NCBI GenBank assembly: GCA_965140615.1
Contig: OZ223280.1
Location: forward strand, 1,075,555 to 1,139,554
Length of the DNA: 64,000 nucleotides
Direction: 5' to 3'
From: Candidatus Cloacimonadales bacterium
GTDB lineage: Bacteria; Cloacimonadota; Cloacimonadia; G963667145
Position numbers and translations under genes: made by a program. The notes under the pieces are model-generated. The model was not told the DNA's origin. It saw only the letters and a program-made list of their open reading frames with translations, and searched no databases. Of this stretch, positions 29,121 through 40,683 are shown piece after piece. How positions within the stretch are numbered: position 1 is the stretch's first letter; each line of letters begins with the position of its first letter.

Positions 29121-30239
29121 CTAAATGTTTTTCGCTACCAAATCTCCCATCTGGGTGGTGCCGACCACTTTTGGGGAGTTTGAGTTGCAAAGTTTGCTCC
29201 ACCAAGTTTGGCAAACCTCTTTGCTGCTTTCACCTTTTGTATTGGCTGTGGCAATGTCTTGGGTGCGGTAGCCTTGCTCTAGGACTTTAGTTACTGCATT
29301 TTCTATGCTCTGGGCTGCGTCCTCTTGCTCGAAGCTGTGGCGGAGCATCATGGCGATGGACAAGATGGTCGCCAAGGGATTGGCTTTGTCTTGCCCTGCG
29401 ATGTCGGGTGCTGAGCCGTGGATGGGCTCGTAGAGTCCGAACTTGCCTGTACCCACAGATGCAGATGGGAGCATGCCGATGCTACCTGTGAGCATTGACG
29501 ATTGGTCGGAGAGGATATCTCCGAACATATTGCCCGTTACTAGCACATCAAATTGCGATGGGTCGCGTACTAGCTGCATAGCGGCGTTATCTACATACAT
29601 ATGCACCAGCTCCACTTCGGGGAACTCTTGGTGAACTTTTTCCACGCTTCTTCGCCAGAGGCGTGATGAGTCCAGCACATTAGCTTTGTCTACGCTGGTA
29701 ACTTTGTTGTTTCGCTTTTTTGCCATCTGGAAAGCCAAACGGGCGATTCTCTCTACTTCGTTTGTGGTGTAGAGTAAGGTGTCGTAGGCACTATCGCCTG
29801 TGTCTTCTCGTTTGCCAAAGTAGATGCCTCCAGTTAATTCTCTAAGGATCATAATGTCAATGCCTTGCTTGGCTATCTCTTCTTTCAGCAGGCAAGATTG
29901 CCAGAGGGCTTGGTGCATCTTAGAGGGTCTGATATTGGCGAAAAGCCCTAGCTCTTTTCGGATTTTTAAAAGTCCGGCTTCGGGACGGTTGTTACCTTTT
30001 AAATTGTCCCACTTGGGTCCACCTACAGCACCCAGCAGTACAGCGTTGGCTTTTTTGCAGATGTCGATGGTTTCTTGGGGCAAAGGCGTGTTTTGTGCGT
30101 CCAGAGCTTCGCCACCTATCAGGGCGTATTCGTACGAGAATTTTAGCTTAAACTTTTCACCAACTTTATCCAAAACTTTTAGAGCTTCTTTTACGATGTC
30201 AGGACCTACTCCATCTCCCTTTAAAACGGCTATTTTCAT
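29121..30239 (-). CDS. leuB: 3-isopropylmalate dehydrogenase
   Basis: [10 protein letters not shown] and [20 protein letters not shown]. Confidence 0.93.
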   Translation of the reverse strand: MKIAVLKGDGVGPDIVKEALKVLDKVGEKFKLKFSYEYALIGGEALDAQNTPLPQETIDICKKANAVLLGAVGGPKWDNLKGNNRPEAGLLKIRKELGLFANIRPSKMHQALWQSCLLKEEIAKQGIDIMILRELTGGIYFGKREDTGDSAYDTLLYTTNEVERIARLAFQMAKKRNNKVTSVDKANVLDSSRLWRRSVEKVHQEFPEVELVHMYVDNAAMQLVRDPSQFDVLVTGNMFGDILSDQSSMLTGSIGMLPSASVGTGKFGLYEPIHGSAPDIAGQDKANPLATILSIAMMLRHSFEQEDAAQSIENAVTKVLEQGYRTQDIATANTKGESSKEVCQTWWSKLCNSNSPKVVGTTQMGDLVAKNI

Positions 30240-30718
30240 TATTTTTTACTCCTTAATTTGTTCATCAATCCGCCATCGGCAATGATATCTTGCATAAACT
30301 TGGGGAAAGGCATAGCTTGGTATTTTTTTCCTGAGGTAAGATTTTCTATTTTACCTGTTGCCAGATTTACTTTCAGACTATCGCCAGCTTCTATTTCTTG
30401 GGCAGCTTCTTTGCATTCCAAGATAGGCAAGCCAATATTGATAGCGTTGCGGTAAAATATGCGGGCGAAACTTTTGGCGATGATGCAAAAGATACCTGAG
30501 GCTTTGATAGAGATAGGTGCATGCTCACGAGATGAGCCACAACCGAAATTAGCCCCTGCCACCATTATATCGCCTTCTTTTACTGTATTGGGGAAGTTAC
30601 TGTCTATATCTTCCATGCAATGTTTGGCAAGCTCTTGGTGAGAAGATGTATTCAAAAATCTAGCGGGGATTATCACATCTGTATCCACATTGTCGCCGTA
30701 TCTATAAACTTTATTCAT
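30239..30718 (-). CDS. leuD: 3-isopropylmalate dehydratase small subunit
   Basis: [14 protein letters not shown]. 159 aa. Confidence 0.9.
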   Translation of the reverse strand: MNKVYRYGDNVDTDVIIPARFLNTSSHQELAKHCMEDIDSNFPNTVKEGDIMVAGANFGCGSSREHAPISIKASGIFCIIAKSFARIFYRNAINIGLPILECKEAAQEIEAGDSLKVNLATGKIENLTSGKKYQAMPFPKFMQDIIADGGLMNKLRSKK

Positions 30719-30734
30719 AATCTACTGTTTCTCC

Positions 30735-31994
30735 TTATATCTCTCTTGGGTCGGTTATTTTACCTGTGAGTGCAGAGGCTGCAGCTACTGTGGGCGATGC
30801 AAGGTAAACTTCTGATTTCACATGTCCCATTCTGCCTACGAAGTTCCTGTTGGTGGTCGATACGCATCGCTCTCCCTCTGCCAAGATGCCCATATGTCCG
30901 CCAAGACACGGTCCACAAGTGGGGGTGGACACTACAGCACCAGCTCTCACGAACTGTTGCACTAAACCTTCTTCTATAGCTTGCAGATAGATTTTTTGTG
31001 TGCCGGGCAAAATGATAACTCGTAAGCCTTTAGCAACTTTTTTGTCTTTCATTATAGCTGCTGCTTGGCGTAAATCTTGCATCCTACCGTTGGTGCAAGA
31101 GCCAATAACCACTTGGTCTATTTTTAGCCCTTTAGCCTTTGAGATGGTTCTAGTGTTATCGGGTAAAAATGGGAAAGAGACGGTCGGTTCTAGCTTTGCT
31201 AAATCTATGGTTATATCTCTTGTATATTCTGCGTCTTCGTCTGCTTGGAACTCTTGGTATTTTCTTTGTGAGTGGCTGTGCAAATATTCTCTAGTTTGCT
31301 CATCTACTGGGAAGATGCCGTTCTTGGCTCCAGCCTCTATCGCCATATTGGCGATGGTGAACCTATCGTCCATGGTTAGTGAGGCTACTCCCGCACCGCT
31401 GAACTCCATCGACTGGTAGAGTGCTCCGTCTACGCCGATCATCCCGATGATGTGCAGGATCAAGTCTTTACCGCTAACCAGCGGTTGCATCTTGCCTAGT
31501 AGGGTGAACTTGATGGCAGATGGCACTTTGAACCACGCCTTGCCTGTAGCCATGCCGTATGCCATATCTGTGGAGCCGATGCCCGTAGAGAAAGCTCCTA
31601 AGGCACCGTAAGTACAGGTGTGCGAGTCAGCACCGATTATTACATCGCCAGCTACCACTAGTCCTTTTTCGGGGAGCAAGCAGTGCTCGATGCCCATTTC
31701 ACCCACCTCAAAGTAGTTTTCTATTTTCATCTCATTAGCGAACTGACGCACTTTTTTACATTGCTCGGCGGCTTTGATGTCTTTGTTGGGTGTGAAGTGG
31801 TCTGGTACAATAGTTACCTTTTTTTTGTCGAAAACTTGCTTAACTTGTGCTTTTTTAAATTCATCAATAGCCACAGGGGTGGTGATATCGTTTCCTAGCA
31901 CTAAAGATAGGTTAGCTTCTATCAATTGACCAGCTTTTACTTCTGCCAGATTAGCAGCATTGGCCAAAATTTTTTGGGTCATAGTCATTCCCAT
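30735..31994 (-). CDS. leuC: 3-isopropylmalate dehydratase large subunit
   Basis: [15 protein letters not shown] and GSCTNGR (aconitase-type cluster ligands). Confidence 0.92.
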   Translation of the reverse strand: MGMTMTQKILANAANLAEVKAGQLIEANLSLVLGNDITTPVAIDEFKKAQVKQVFDKKKVTIVPDHFTPNKDIKAAEQCKKVRQFANEMKIENYFEVGEMGIEHCLLPEKGLVVAGDVIIGADSHTCTYGALGAFSTGIGSTDMAYGMATGKAWFKVPSAIKFTLLGKMQPLVSGKDLILHIIGMIGVDGALYQSMEFSGAGVASLTMDDRFTIANMAIEAGAKNGIFPVDEQTREYLHSHSQRKYQEFQADEDAEYTRDITIDLAKLEPTVSFPFLPDNTRTISKAKGLKIDQVVIGSCTNGRMQDLRQAAAIMKDKKVAKGLRVIILPGTQKIYLQAIEEGLVQQFVRAGAVVSTPTCGPCLGGHMGILAEGERCVSTTNRNFVGRMGHVKSEVYLASPTVAAASALTGKITDPREI

Positions 31995-32000
31995 AATAAT

Positions 32001-33566
32001 TTACTCCTTATTCATTAGTTTGTATTCTAGCGAGTCCACCAATGCTATCCAGCTAGCTTGGATTATGTTGGTCGAGACTCCCACGGTAGTCCAAGAGTCG
32101 TGTTCGTCGCCCGAGGTTATCAGCACTCTCACTTTGGCTTGACTCGCTTCTTTTTGATTTAACACTCTTACTTTGTAGTCAATGAGGTTCACTTTCTTTA
32201 GACAAGGGTAAAATTCCTCGAGTACCTTACGCAGAGCTTTGTCTAGGGCGTTGACAGGACCATTGCCCTCGGCTGCGGTGAAGCCCACTTTGTCGTTTAC
32301 CAATATCTTGATGATTGCCGAGGAGCTTTCGCTTTCCGACTCTTGGTCGTCGGCGATTATCTTGTAATGTTGCAGGTCGAACGACGGGGTGAACAGCCCC
32401 AAATATCGCTTTATCAAGAGGGCAAAGCTTGCACCAGCACCTTCGTAGGCGTAACCTTCAAACTCTTTCTCTTTTAAATATTGCACCAACTCTTTAGCTT
32501 TTTTGGGGTCGAGTTTAAGATTGGGTACGATTTTGAGAGCTTTTTCCAAGATTAAACTTTTGCCTCCTACCTCGCTAACTAAAAATCTGCGTTTACCGCC
32601 GATGCTTTCGGGGTCGAGGTGTTCAAAACTTTTAGAATTTTTCCGAACGCCGTCCACATGCATTCCGCCCTTGTGAGCAAAGGCACTCTTGCCCACGAAA
32701 GGAGCACGGCTGGTTATCCTGATGTTGGATATTTCTGCCACTTCTTTGGCGGTGTTTGTTAGAGAGCTAAGGTTTTTTTGTGGAATGCAGAGGAACTCTT
32801 TTTTCAGTTGTAGATTGGCGATGATAGACACGAGGTTGGCATTACCACATCGCTCACCAAAGCCCAAGAGCGTACCTTGGATGTGCCTTGCCCCAGCTAG
32901 CACTGCGGCTATGGAGTTGGCTACTGCCATATCGGAATCGTTGTGGGCATGGATGCCTATCTTTGCTTGCTTGCCAAATTTTGTAACCACTTTTTTGGTA
33001 ATCTCTTCCACTTCGTGAGGGAAGCACCCACCATTGGTCTCGCACAGACACAGTACATCGGCACTGCCATCCACGGCTGCTTGCAGACTTTGCATAGCGT
33101 ACTGGGGGTTGCTCTTGTACCCGTCGAAAAAGTGTTCGGCATCAAAGATAACCTCTTTCCCTTGCTTTTTTAGGTAAGCGATAGTCTCTTTTATCATTAG
33201 CAAGTTTTCGTCTAGCTCACAGTTGATTATTTGCTTGGCGTGGAAGTCCCAACTCTTGCCGAAGATAGAGACAACGCTACTACCAGAGAGTAGAAGCGAT
33301 TTTAGGTTTTCGTCTTCTTGTACTTTACTAAACTTGCGTCTGGTGGCACCGAAAGCGACAATTTTGCTTTTTTGTGTATCTATGGAGTGCAAACGAGCGA
33401 AGAAATCCAAATCTTTAGGGTTTGAGCCGGGGTTACCAGCCTCTATGTAGGCTACGCCTAAATTAGCCAAGGCACTGCTGATAGCAAGTTTGTCTTCTAC
33501 AGAGAAAGATATTCCTTCGGCTTGCGAGCCGTCCCGCAGGGTGGTGTCTAGGATATCTATTTGCAT
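32001..33566 (-). CDS. cimA: (R)-citramalate synthase-type member of the LeuA family
   Basis: ILDTTLRDGSQAEGISFS. 521 aa with a LeuA-dimer-like C-terminal regulatory domain. A second, distinct paralog lies next to a canonical leuA. Confidence 0.75.
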   Translation of the reverse strand: MQIDILDTTLRDGSQAEGISFSVEDKLAISSALANLGVAYIEAGNPGSNPKDLDFFARLHSIDTQKSKIVAFGATRRKFSKVQEDENLKSLLLSGSSVVSIFGKSWDFHAKQIINCELDENLLMIKETIAYLKKQGKEVIFDAEHFFDGYKSNPQYAMQSLQAAVDGSADVLCLCETNGGCFPHEVEEITKKVVTKFGKQAKIGIHAHNDSDMAVANSIAAVLAGARHIQGTLLGFGERCGNANLVSIIANLQLKKEFLCIPQKNLSSLTNTAKEVAEISNIRITSRAPFVGKSAFAHKGGMHVDGVRKNSKSFEHLDPESIGGKRRFLVSEVGGKSLILEKALKIVPNLKLDPKKAKELVQYLKEKEFEGYAYEGAGASFALLIKRYLGLFTPSFDLQHYKIIADDQESESESSSAIIKILVNDKVGFTAAEGNGPVNALDKALRKVLEEFYPCLKKVNLIDYKVRVLNQKEASQAKVRVLITSGDEHDSWTTVGVSTNIIQASWIALVDSLEYKLMNKE

Positions 33567-35080
33567 AACTGTTCCATTTTGTTTACAGCGTTGAGGAAAG
33601 CTTTGATGCTTGATTCTACTACATCTGTTGCTAAACCGTATCCGCTGGAAGATTTGTGGCTCTCTTTGTCTTGCAGGGTGATACTTACTTGCCCCTGTGC
33701 GTCTTGCCCACTGCCGATAGCTTTCACGATGTACTTTTCTAGGACATATTTTCGAGCAATTAGCTTTTCGATAGCCTTAAAAGCTGCATCGACAAGACCA
33801 TCTCCACTTTTGGTGGAAGATAGCAAGCCGTTTTTTTGGTCGAGCAAGGTGATGCTCACAGTGGGAGTAACTTCCATTCCTGAATTGAAAGTAAAGTCTT
33901 TTAAGCTGTAGCGAGGTTTGAGGGTGCTACTCACTTTGTTTTGTGCTAGAGCATCCAAATCTAAATCGGTAATCTCTTTTTTCTTGTCTGCTAAAGTTTT
34001 GAAGTTGATGAAAATCTCTTCTAATTGTTCTTTTTCAAAAGTGTATCCCAGCTCATTTAGTTTGTTTTCAAAAGCGTGCTTACCAGAGTGCTTGCCCAAG
34101 ACAAAAGAGTTCTGATGGACACCCACCGATTGTGGAGTCATTATCTCGTAGGTTTCTTTGTTTTCCAAAACTCCGTGCTGATGGATGCCAGCCTCGTGTG
34201 CAAAAGCGTTCTTACCGACGATAGCTTTGTTGGCTTGTACCATGCTACCTGTGATAGAGCTAATCATATTGGATGTGTGGAATATCTCCTTGGTGGAGAG
34301 CTTGGTTTGCACGCCGAAGTGGTCTTTTCGCACGGTGAGAGCCATTACCACCTCCTCTAGTGCTGCGTTGCCTGCTCGCTCGCCGATGCCGTTAATGGTG
34401 CACTCTACTTGGTCAGCTCCAGCTTTTATCGCCGCTAGGGAGTTGGCGACAGCCAGCCCCAGATCGTTGTGGCAATGCACGGAAATCGTGGCTTTGTCGA
34501 TGTTGGGTACATTGTGCTTTAGGTACGAGATTAGTTGATAAAATTCGTCGGGGGTGGTGTAGCCCACCGTGTCTGGCACATTGATGATCGTGGCTCCAGA
34601 GTTTATCACTGCGGTGATGATTTCTACCAAGAAATTTTTGTTACTACGGGTGGCATCTTCGGCAGAGAACTCTATCTCTGGGCAGAGCGATTTGCCGTAG
34701 GCTACCATCTGCTGTGCTTTGGCTAGAGCCTCTTGTCTGGTCATCTTCAGCTTGTACTCTAGGTGGATGTCGGATGTGGCGATGAAGATGTGTATCCTCG
34801 GCTTTTTGCAGTGTTGCACCGCTTGCCAAGCCCTGTCGATGTCTTTCTTGTTGGCTCTGGCTAGCGATGCCACTCCCACGGTTTTTACACTGCGGGCTAT
34901 TTGGGAGATAGACTCAAAATCTTCGTCCGAGGAGATAGCAAAGCCAGCTTCGATGACATCAACTCCGAGCTTCTCTAGTTGCAGAGCTATTTGTAGCTTC
35001 TCTTTTAGGGTCATCGAGCAGCCCGGTGATTGTTCTCCGTCCCGCAGGGTCGTGTCGAAAATTTTGATAGTTCTGTCCAT
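33557..35080 (-). CDS. leuA: 2-isopropylmalate synthase
   Basis: [14 protein letters not shown] and [16 protein letters not shown]. 507 aa. Confidence 0.9.
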   Translation of the reverse strand: MDRTIKIFDTTLRDGEQSPGCSMTLKEKLQIALQLEKLGVDVIEAGFAISSDEDFESISQIARSVKTVGVASLARANKKDIDRAWQAVQHCKKPRIHIFIATSDIHLEYKLKMTRQEALAKAQQMVAYGKSLCPEIEFSAEDATRSNKNFLVEIITAVINSGATIINVPDTVGYTTPDEFYQLISYLKHNVPNIDKATISVHCHNDLGLAVANSLAAIKAGADQVECTINGIGERAGNAALEEVVMALTVRKDHFGVQTKLSTKEIFHTSNMISSITGSMVQANKAIVGKNAFAHEAGIHQHGVLENKETYEIMTPQSVGVHQNSFVLGKHSGKHAFENKLNELGYTFEKEQLEEIFINFKTLADKKKEITDLDLDALAQNKVSSTLKPRYSLKDFTFNSGMEVTPTVSITLLDQKNGLLSSTKSGDGLVDAAFKAIEKLIARKYVLEKYIVKAIGSGQDAQGQVSITLQDKESHKSSSGYGLATDVVESSIKAFLNAVNKMEQLCK

Positions 35081-35115
35081 TATTTCTCCTACTATTACTA
35101 TTTATTTAATTGTGA

Positions 35116-36628
<1,513 letters not shown>

Positions 36629-36706
36629 ATATTTCTCCTTATAAAAATTCTTTTGAAAGTTGGTTGATTACGCTGCCTTTATAAAGTTCCGAGACTATAA
36701 AGACAG

Positions 36707-36793
36707 CTAAACGAGGACAATAATAATGCAAAGAGTAGAAATCAAGCGTAGCTCTCTGAGAGACAGAGATAAAAGAAATAAATTTCTATACAT
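36707..36793 (-). promoter_or_regulatory. Candidate leader peptide ORF (28 codons, 15 of them Leu/Ile/Val) upstream of ilvN
   Basis: AAGGTG lies 6 nt before the ATG at 36793. My translation is MYRNLFLLSLSLRELRLISTLCIIIVLV*. A 12-bp hairpin starts at the stop codon. Confidence 0.4.
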
Positions 36794-37020
36794 AAACTAC
36801 ACCTTGATTAATTATTTACAACACCTTGTTAAGAAACACAGATATTGTTTAACTCCCCAAGCTGTTTAGGTTCGTCTTTTTGTCAAACTAAAAAGGAGAA
36901 ATTTTGCTAAAATCGCTTGTAGTGTGGGGCTTAGGTTACGCTATTGGGCAAGGTGTTGATAGTGCTAAAAAGTAGAAGTTGCTTTTAAAAGTGGGTTACA
37001 ATAGTGAAAACCACTATAGC

Positions 37021-37058
37021 AAAAATGAGACTTTATAAAGAATAAAGTCTCATTTTTT
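37021..37058. terminator. Bidirectional terminator downstream of the EIIA-like gene
   Basis: An A5 run, then atgagacttta (37025-37035) pairing with taaagtctcat (37043-37053), then a T5 run. Confidence 0.7.
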
Positions 37059-37073
37059 AAGCTCTTGCTTTTG

Positions 37074-37742
37074 CTAAAGGTCAAATTTTGGGTTGAGCAA
37101 AGTTTCTAAAATCTTTTCTTTGTCGTTGCTGGTTTTTAATGTTTTCATATTTTCGCTGTTGAGCAAGACTTTGTTTAGGTAAGATAAAGAAAAAAGGTGC
37201 TCTTTTTCGTTTCTGAGTAGTAGCAGAAACATCAGGTTTACAGGCTTATTGTCCAGAGCACCAAATTCGATGCCTTGGGCTGATCTTATCATCAGCACGC
37301 TGGGGGAGCTGATCTTGGAGGGGTGAGGGGCTCTGGTGTGCAAGAAGGCTATGCCCTCGCCTACAGCGGTGGTAGCCATGTTTTCCCGTGCGACGATAGT
37401 CTCGTTTAGCCAGCGATGATTTTGGATGATTTGGCAATCTTTGGCGAAGCTAGAGGCTTTGGCGATAGCGTCAAATTTGTTGCCAGCCTCGAAGTCAAGG
37501 TTGATGTACTCGAGCTTGATGTAGTCCGCAAATCGGCAAGTTATCCTCTGGACAGCCAGCTGTTTTTGCTCTTCTTCTTCCAGATTGGATATCCATTCGT
37601 CGATTTTGTCTTTGTCCAGCTTCACCGTCTTGCCCGATTTCACTGTTTTAAATCCGTTGACTTTTATCAGTTCGTTCAAGATAGTTTCGTTGACTCGCAA
37701 GTAAGCTACGCATTTTTTAAAGGTTATAAGATTTTCTGCCAT
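37074..37742 (-). CDS. PTS EIIA(Ntr)/PtsN-like domain protein with an N-terminal helix-turn-helix-like extension
   Basis: The C-terminal domain has GIAFLHTRAP (EIIA type-2 His loop). The N-terminal ~60 aa (FKKCVAYLRVNETILNELIK...) look like a small DNA-binding HTH. Confidence 0.65.
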   Translation of the reverse strand: MAENLITFKKCVAYLRVNETILNELIKVNGFKTVKSGKTVKLDKDKIDEWISNLEEEEQKQLAVQRITCRFADYIKLEYINLDFEAGNKFDAIAKASSFAKDCQIIQNHRWLNETIVARENMATTAVGEGIAFLHTRAPHPSKISSPSVLMIRSAQGIEFGALDNKPVNLMFLLLLRNEKEHLFSLSYLNKVLLNSENMKTLKTSNDKEKILETLLNPKFDL

Positions 37743-37767
37743 AGTGCCTCCAAAGTTTTTTTAAGGG

Positions 37768-38433
37768 TTATATTTTTTGATAGAGAAAGATGTTGGGTGC
37801 AAATCCTTGCTCTGATTTCAATTTTTCGAAGTAGGTGGTTTGTCTGTTTGCGAGTAAACTTTTGCGTTCTTTTTCGCCAACTTGTTTTAGCTTTTTTTCG
37901 CTATCTAAGCTCTGGGCGATTTGCTGGGCGTAATCTTGGTCGTCTGTGATGATTTGTAATATTCCAGAATTGGCGAGCAAATCGGGGAGCAAGCTGATGA
38001 ACTGCGGATTGATGAGTCTGTTTTTGTGATGCTTAGCCTTTGGCCAAGGGTCAGGGTAGTTGATGTAGATTTTCACAAAAGATCCAGCCGGTAGCACCTT
38101 TATGCTGTCTTGGTCTAAAAACAGTTGCAAGAGTCTCACATTGTCGGTTGTTAGCAGGTCTAGTTTTTGCACGATGGAGACGATCCTTTTTGGCTTGACC
38201 TCTATTCCTAAGAAGTTCGTGGCTTTTTGGCTTGCCGATTTGTGGGCAATAAATTCTCCCTTACCGCAGCCAATTTCTAACTCTGTGGATCGCGAGTTTG
38301 TGGGGAATATCTTATCCAGAGAGATTTTTTCTTGCAGAAGCTGTTCTTTTTCTTTGGGTAGATGGATAACGAACTTTTCTAGCTTGGCAATTATATCTTT
38401 TCTGGTGAGCAGGTTTGTCCACCCTCTACTCAT
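37768..38433 (-). CDS. trmB: tRNA (guanine46-N7)-methyltransferase
   Basis: LEIGCGKGEF and YPDPWPKAKHHKNRL. Confidence 0.9.
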   Translation of the reverse strand: MSRGWTNLLTRKDIIAKLEKFVIHLPKEKEQLLQEKISLDKIFPTNSRSTELEIGCGKGEFIAHKSASQKATNFLGIEVKPKRIVSIVQKLDLLTTDNVRLLQLFLDQDSIKVLPAGSFVKIYINYPDPWPKAKHHKNRLINPQFISLLPDLLANSGILQIITDDQDYAQQIAQSLDSEKKLKQVGEKERKSLLANRQTTYFEKLKSEQGFAPNIFLYQKI

Positions 38434-39508
38434 CTACATCTCCACTGAGTAGGATAGACAGGGTACGCATAGAGGGGATCTCTTTGATGATTAGGTTGAT
38501 GCACGATGTCAGGGGGATGGCCAAGACCATGCCCACAGCACCCCAGACCCAAGCCCAAAATATCAAGGAGAGCAAGATAAACAAAGGCGAGATGTTGAGC
38601 GTGTTGCCGATGTATTTGGGTTCGATGAGGTTGCCAAAGGAGAACTGGGTAACGGTGAGGGCTATGGCTATGGCAAATGGTTGCCAGCTGAGTCCGTACT
38701 CCAAAAAGCCAATCAGAACTGGGAAAGCAGAGGCAGTGATAGAGCCGAAGTTGGGGATGAAGTTGAAAAAGAAGAGCAAAAGCCCGCTGAAGAGGATGAA
38801 GTCTATGCCGAAAAATCCCATAAAGAGCATACTCACCAGAGCTGTGCCTAGCGAGATGAGGGACTTGACTGCGAAATATTTGCCGATGGAGTTTTCTATC
38901 TCTCCTAGGGAGCGAATTAGGTTGGACTGACCGTACTTCTCTTTGTGAGATATTTCCAGAGCTGCGATAAGGCGGTCTTTACTTGCCATCAAAAAGAGCA
39001 TAAACACTAGTGAAAGCAAAAGCTTAACTAAAAAGTCAACGAAAGTTCCCATAGTGGTTTTGAGGATTTTGGAGATTGAGAGTCTGTCCCACATACTTGC
39101 CCAATCTATTTTGAAAAGGTAATCTTTGAAGTTTGTCTTTAGGTCGGGCAGATAAACTTTGAGTGTTTCGATGGTGGTGTTGAACCGCGTAGATAAGATT
39201 TGCTCGTATTTGGGGAACTCGCTTACAAATGACTGAGAACCAAGGAAGATAAGGTAGCCGATGAGGTACATTACGCTGAACACGATGATAAGGACGATGA
39301 GGACTGCTAGCGAGTTGGGCACTTTTTTCTTGGTCAAGATCCTGTGGAGTGGATCGAAGAGAAAAGTGAAGAATACAGCGAAGAGCAAAGGGATGAAGAG
39401 TGATTGCATATTTTTGAGTGCCAAGATGATGATAGACGCCGAGATGAGCAGTAGAGAAAAGCTGATAATTCGGTAAGTCGTTTCGTGATTGGTTTCGATT
39501 GTTTTCAT
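38426..39508 (-). CDS. AI-2E/PerM (UPF0118) family transporter
   Basis: Polytopic protein with C-terminal LIEPKYIGN...GAVGMVLAIPLT. Confidence 0.8.
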   Translation of the reverse strand: MKTIETNHETTYRIISFSLLLISASIIILALKNMQSLFIPLLFAVFFTFLFDPLHRILTKKKVPNSLAVLIVLIIVFSVMYLIGYLIFLGSQSFVSEFPKYEQILSTRFNTTIETLKVYLPDLKTNFKDYLFKIDWASMWDRLSISKILKTTMGTFVDFLVKLLLSLVFMLFLMASKDRLIAALEISHKEKYGQSNLIRSLGEIENSIGKYFAVKSLISLGTALVSMLFMGFFGIDFILFSGLLLFFFNFIPNFGSITASAFPVLIGFLEYGLSWQPFAIAIALTVTQFSFGNLIEPKYIGNTLNISPLFILLSLIFWAWVWGAVGMVLAIPLTSCINLIIKEIPSMRTLSILLSGDVDE

Positions 39509-40683
39509 CGGTAAATATCCTTTAGGAAGCTGTCTCCTGATAAGTCTGTCTCTAGGGCGAAGAACTCGGCAATGGTGGCAGCGATATCGGCGAAGCTACG
39601 GCGAGTGCCAAGGTCTTGGGGTAGGACTCTTGCCCCTAGTACCAGCAGTGGCGTGTACTCTCTGGTGTGGTCTGTGCCGGGGAATGTTGGATCGCAACCG
39701 TGGTCTGCGGTGATAATCAGGATGTCTTGCTCTTGCAGGGAGTGCATGATGGCTGGGAGCTGCTTGTCGAACTGCTGTAGACCTTGTGCGAACTCGTGTG
39801 GGAGGTTGCGGTGTCCCCATTGGCTGTCAAAGTCCACGAGGTTGGTGAAGATGAGTCCCTCTTGCTGAAAGCTCTTGATGTGCTCTATGGTGGATGCGAT
39901 GCCCGCTTGGTTGGTCTTGGTGTGGTCTATCTTGGTAATGCCTTGTCGGTTGAAGAGGTCTTCTATCTTGCCGATGCCGACCACCTGTTTGCCAGCTGTA
40001 CTTAGGTAGTCTAGCACGGTCTTGCCTGTGGGCGATATGGCGAAGTCTTTCCTATTGTCTGTGCGGTAGAAGCTGTGCGAGTCGCTTCCGAGGAATGGTC
40101 TTGCTATGATGCGACCGATGCAGGTGTCGTCATCAAACACTTGCTCTCGGGCGATACGGCACATCGTGTAGAGCTCGGACGGGGTGTAGACCTGCTCGTG
40201 GCAAGCTATTTGGAAAACGCTGTCTGCTGAGGTGTAGATGATGGGCTTCTTGCTCTTGATGTGCTCTTGCCCATATTTGGCGATAGCTTCTGTGCCAGAG
40301 TAAGGCTTGTTCAGTAGCACCCCAGGGAGTTTATTCAGGCGAACGAATTTATCGATAATCTCTTGCGAGAAGCCATCGGGAAAGAAGTCGAAGTGCAGTT
40401 TGGGCGGTAGCCCTGCTATTTCCCAGTGTCCCGAGATGGAGTCTTTGGATGGCGAGAGTTCTGCCATCTTGCCAGTGGCAGCCAGAGGGTCGTCGCTGGT
40501 AGGCACTCCCAAGATGGGTACGATGTTCCCAAGCCCGAGGCTCTGTAGATGTGGCAGGTGCAGTCCTCCCAGCTCTTTGGCGATGTTGGGTAATGTAGCA
40601 GCACTTTCGTCGCCGAACTTGTGGGCGTCGGGCAGGTAGCCAACTCCTACGCCGTCTAGGACGATTAGGATTACTCGTTTCAC
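39505..40683 (-). CDS. deoB: Phosphopentomutase
   Basis: The GTG start at 40683 overlaps the pgsA TGA (GTGA). Motifs ILIVLDGVGVGYLPDA and ITADHGCDPT. The track ORF to 41184 is an out-of-frame run through pgsA. Confidence 0.9.
   Translation of the reverse strand: MKRVILIVLDGVGVGYLPDAHKFGDESAATLPNIAKELGGLHLPHLQSLGLGNIVPILGVPTSDDPLAATGKMAELSPSKDSISGHWEIAGLPPKLHFDFFPDGFSQEIIDKFVRLNKLPGVLLNKPYSGTEAIAKYGQEHIKSKKPIIYTSADSVFQIACHEQVYTPSELYTMCRIAREQVFDDDTCIGRIIARPFLGSDSHSFYRTDNRKDFAISPTGKTVLDYLSTAGKQVVGIGKIEDLFNRQGITKIDHTKTNQAGIASTIEHIKSFQQEGLIFTNLVDFDSQWGHRNLPHEFAQGLQQFDKQLPAIMHSLQEQDILIITADHGCDPTFPGTDHTREYTPLLVLGARVLPQDLGTRRSFADIAATIAEFFALETDLSGDSFLKDIYR

Noticed and set aside
36629-36900. T-box riboswitch, or a classical terminator/antiterminator attenuator, upstream of ilvN
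   Set aside because: On either strand of this leader I could not find the T-box core (AANNNGGGTGGTACCGCG-like) or a GC-rich hairpin followed by a U-tract. Only the leader-peptide candidate and an AU-rich hairpin are reported, with the mechanism left open.
36904-36975. A 23-codon plus-strand mini-ORF (TTG start, MLKSLVVWGLGYAIGQGVDSAKK) preceded by AAAAGGAGAA
   Set aside because: It is very short, has a non-ATG start and has no supporting conservation data. The apparent RBS is simply the reverse complement of a T/C-rich stretch upstream of the minus-strand ilv leader. It is noted but not called.
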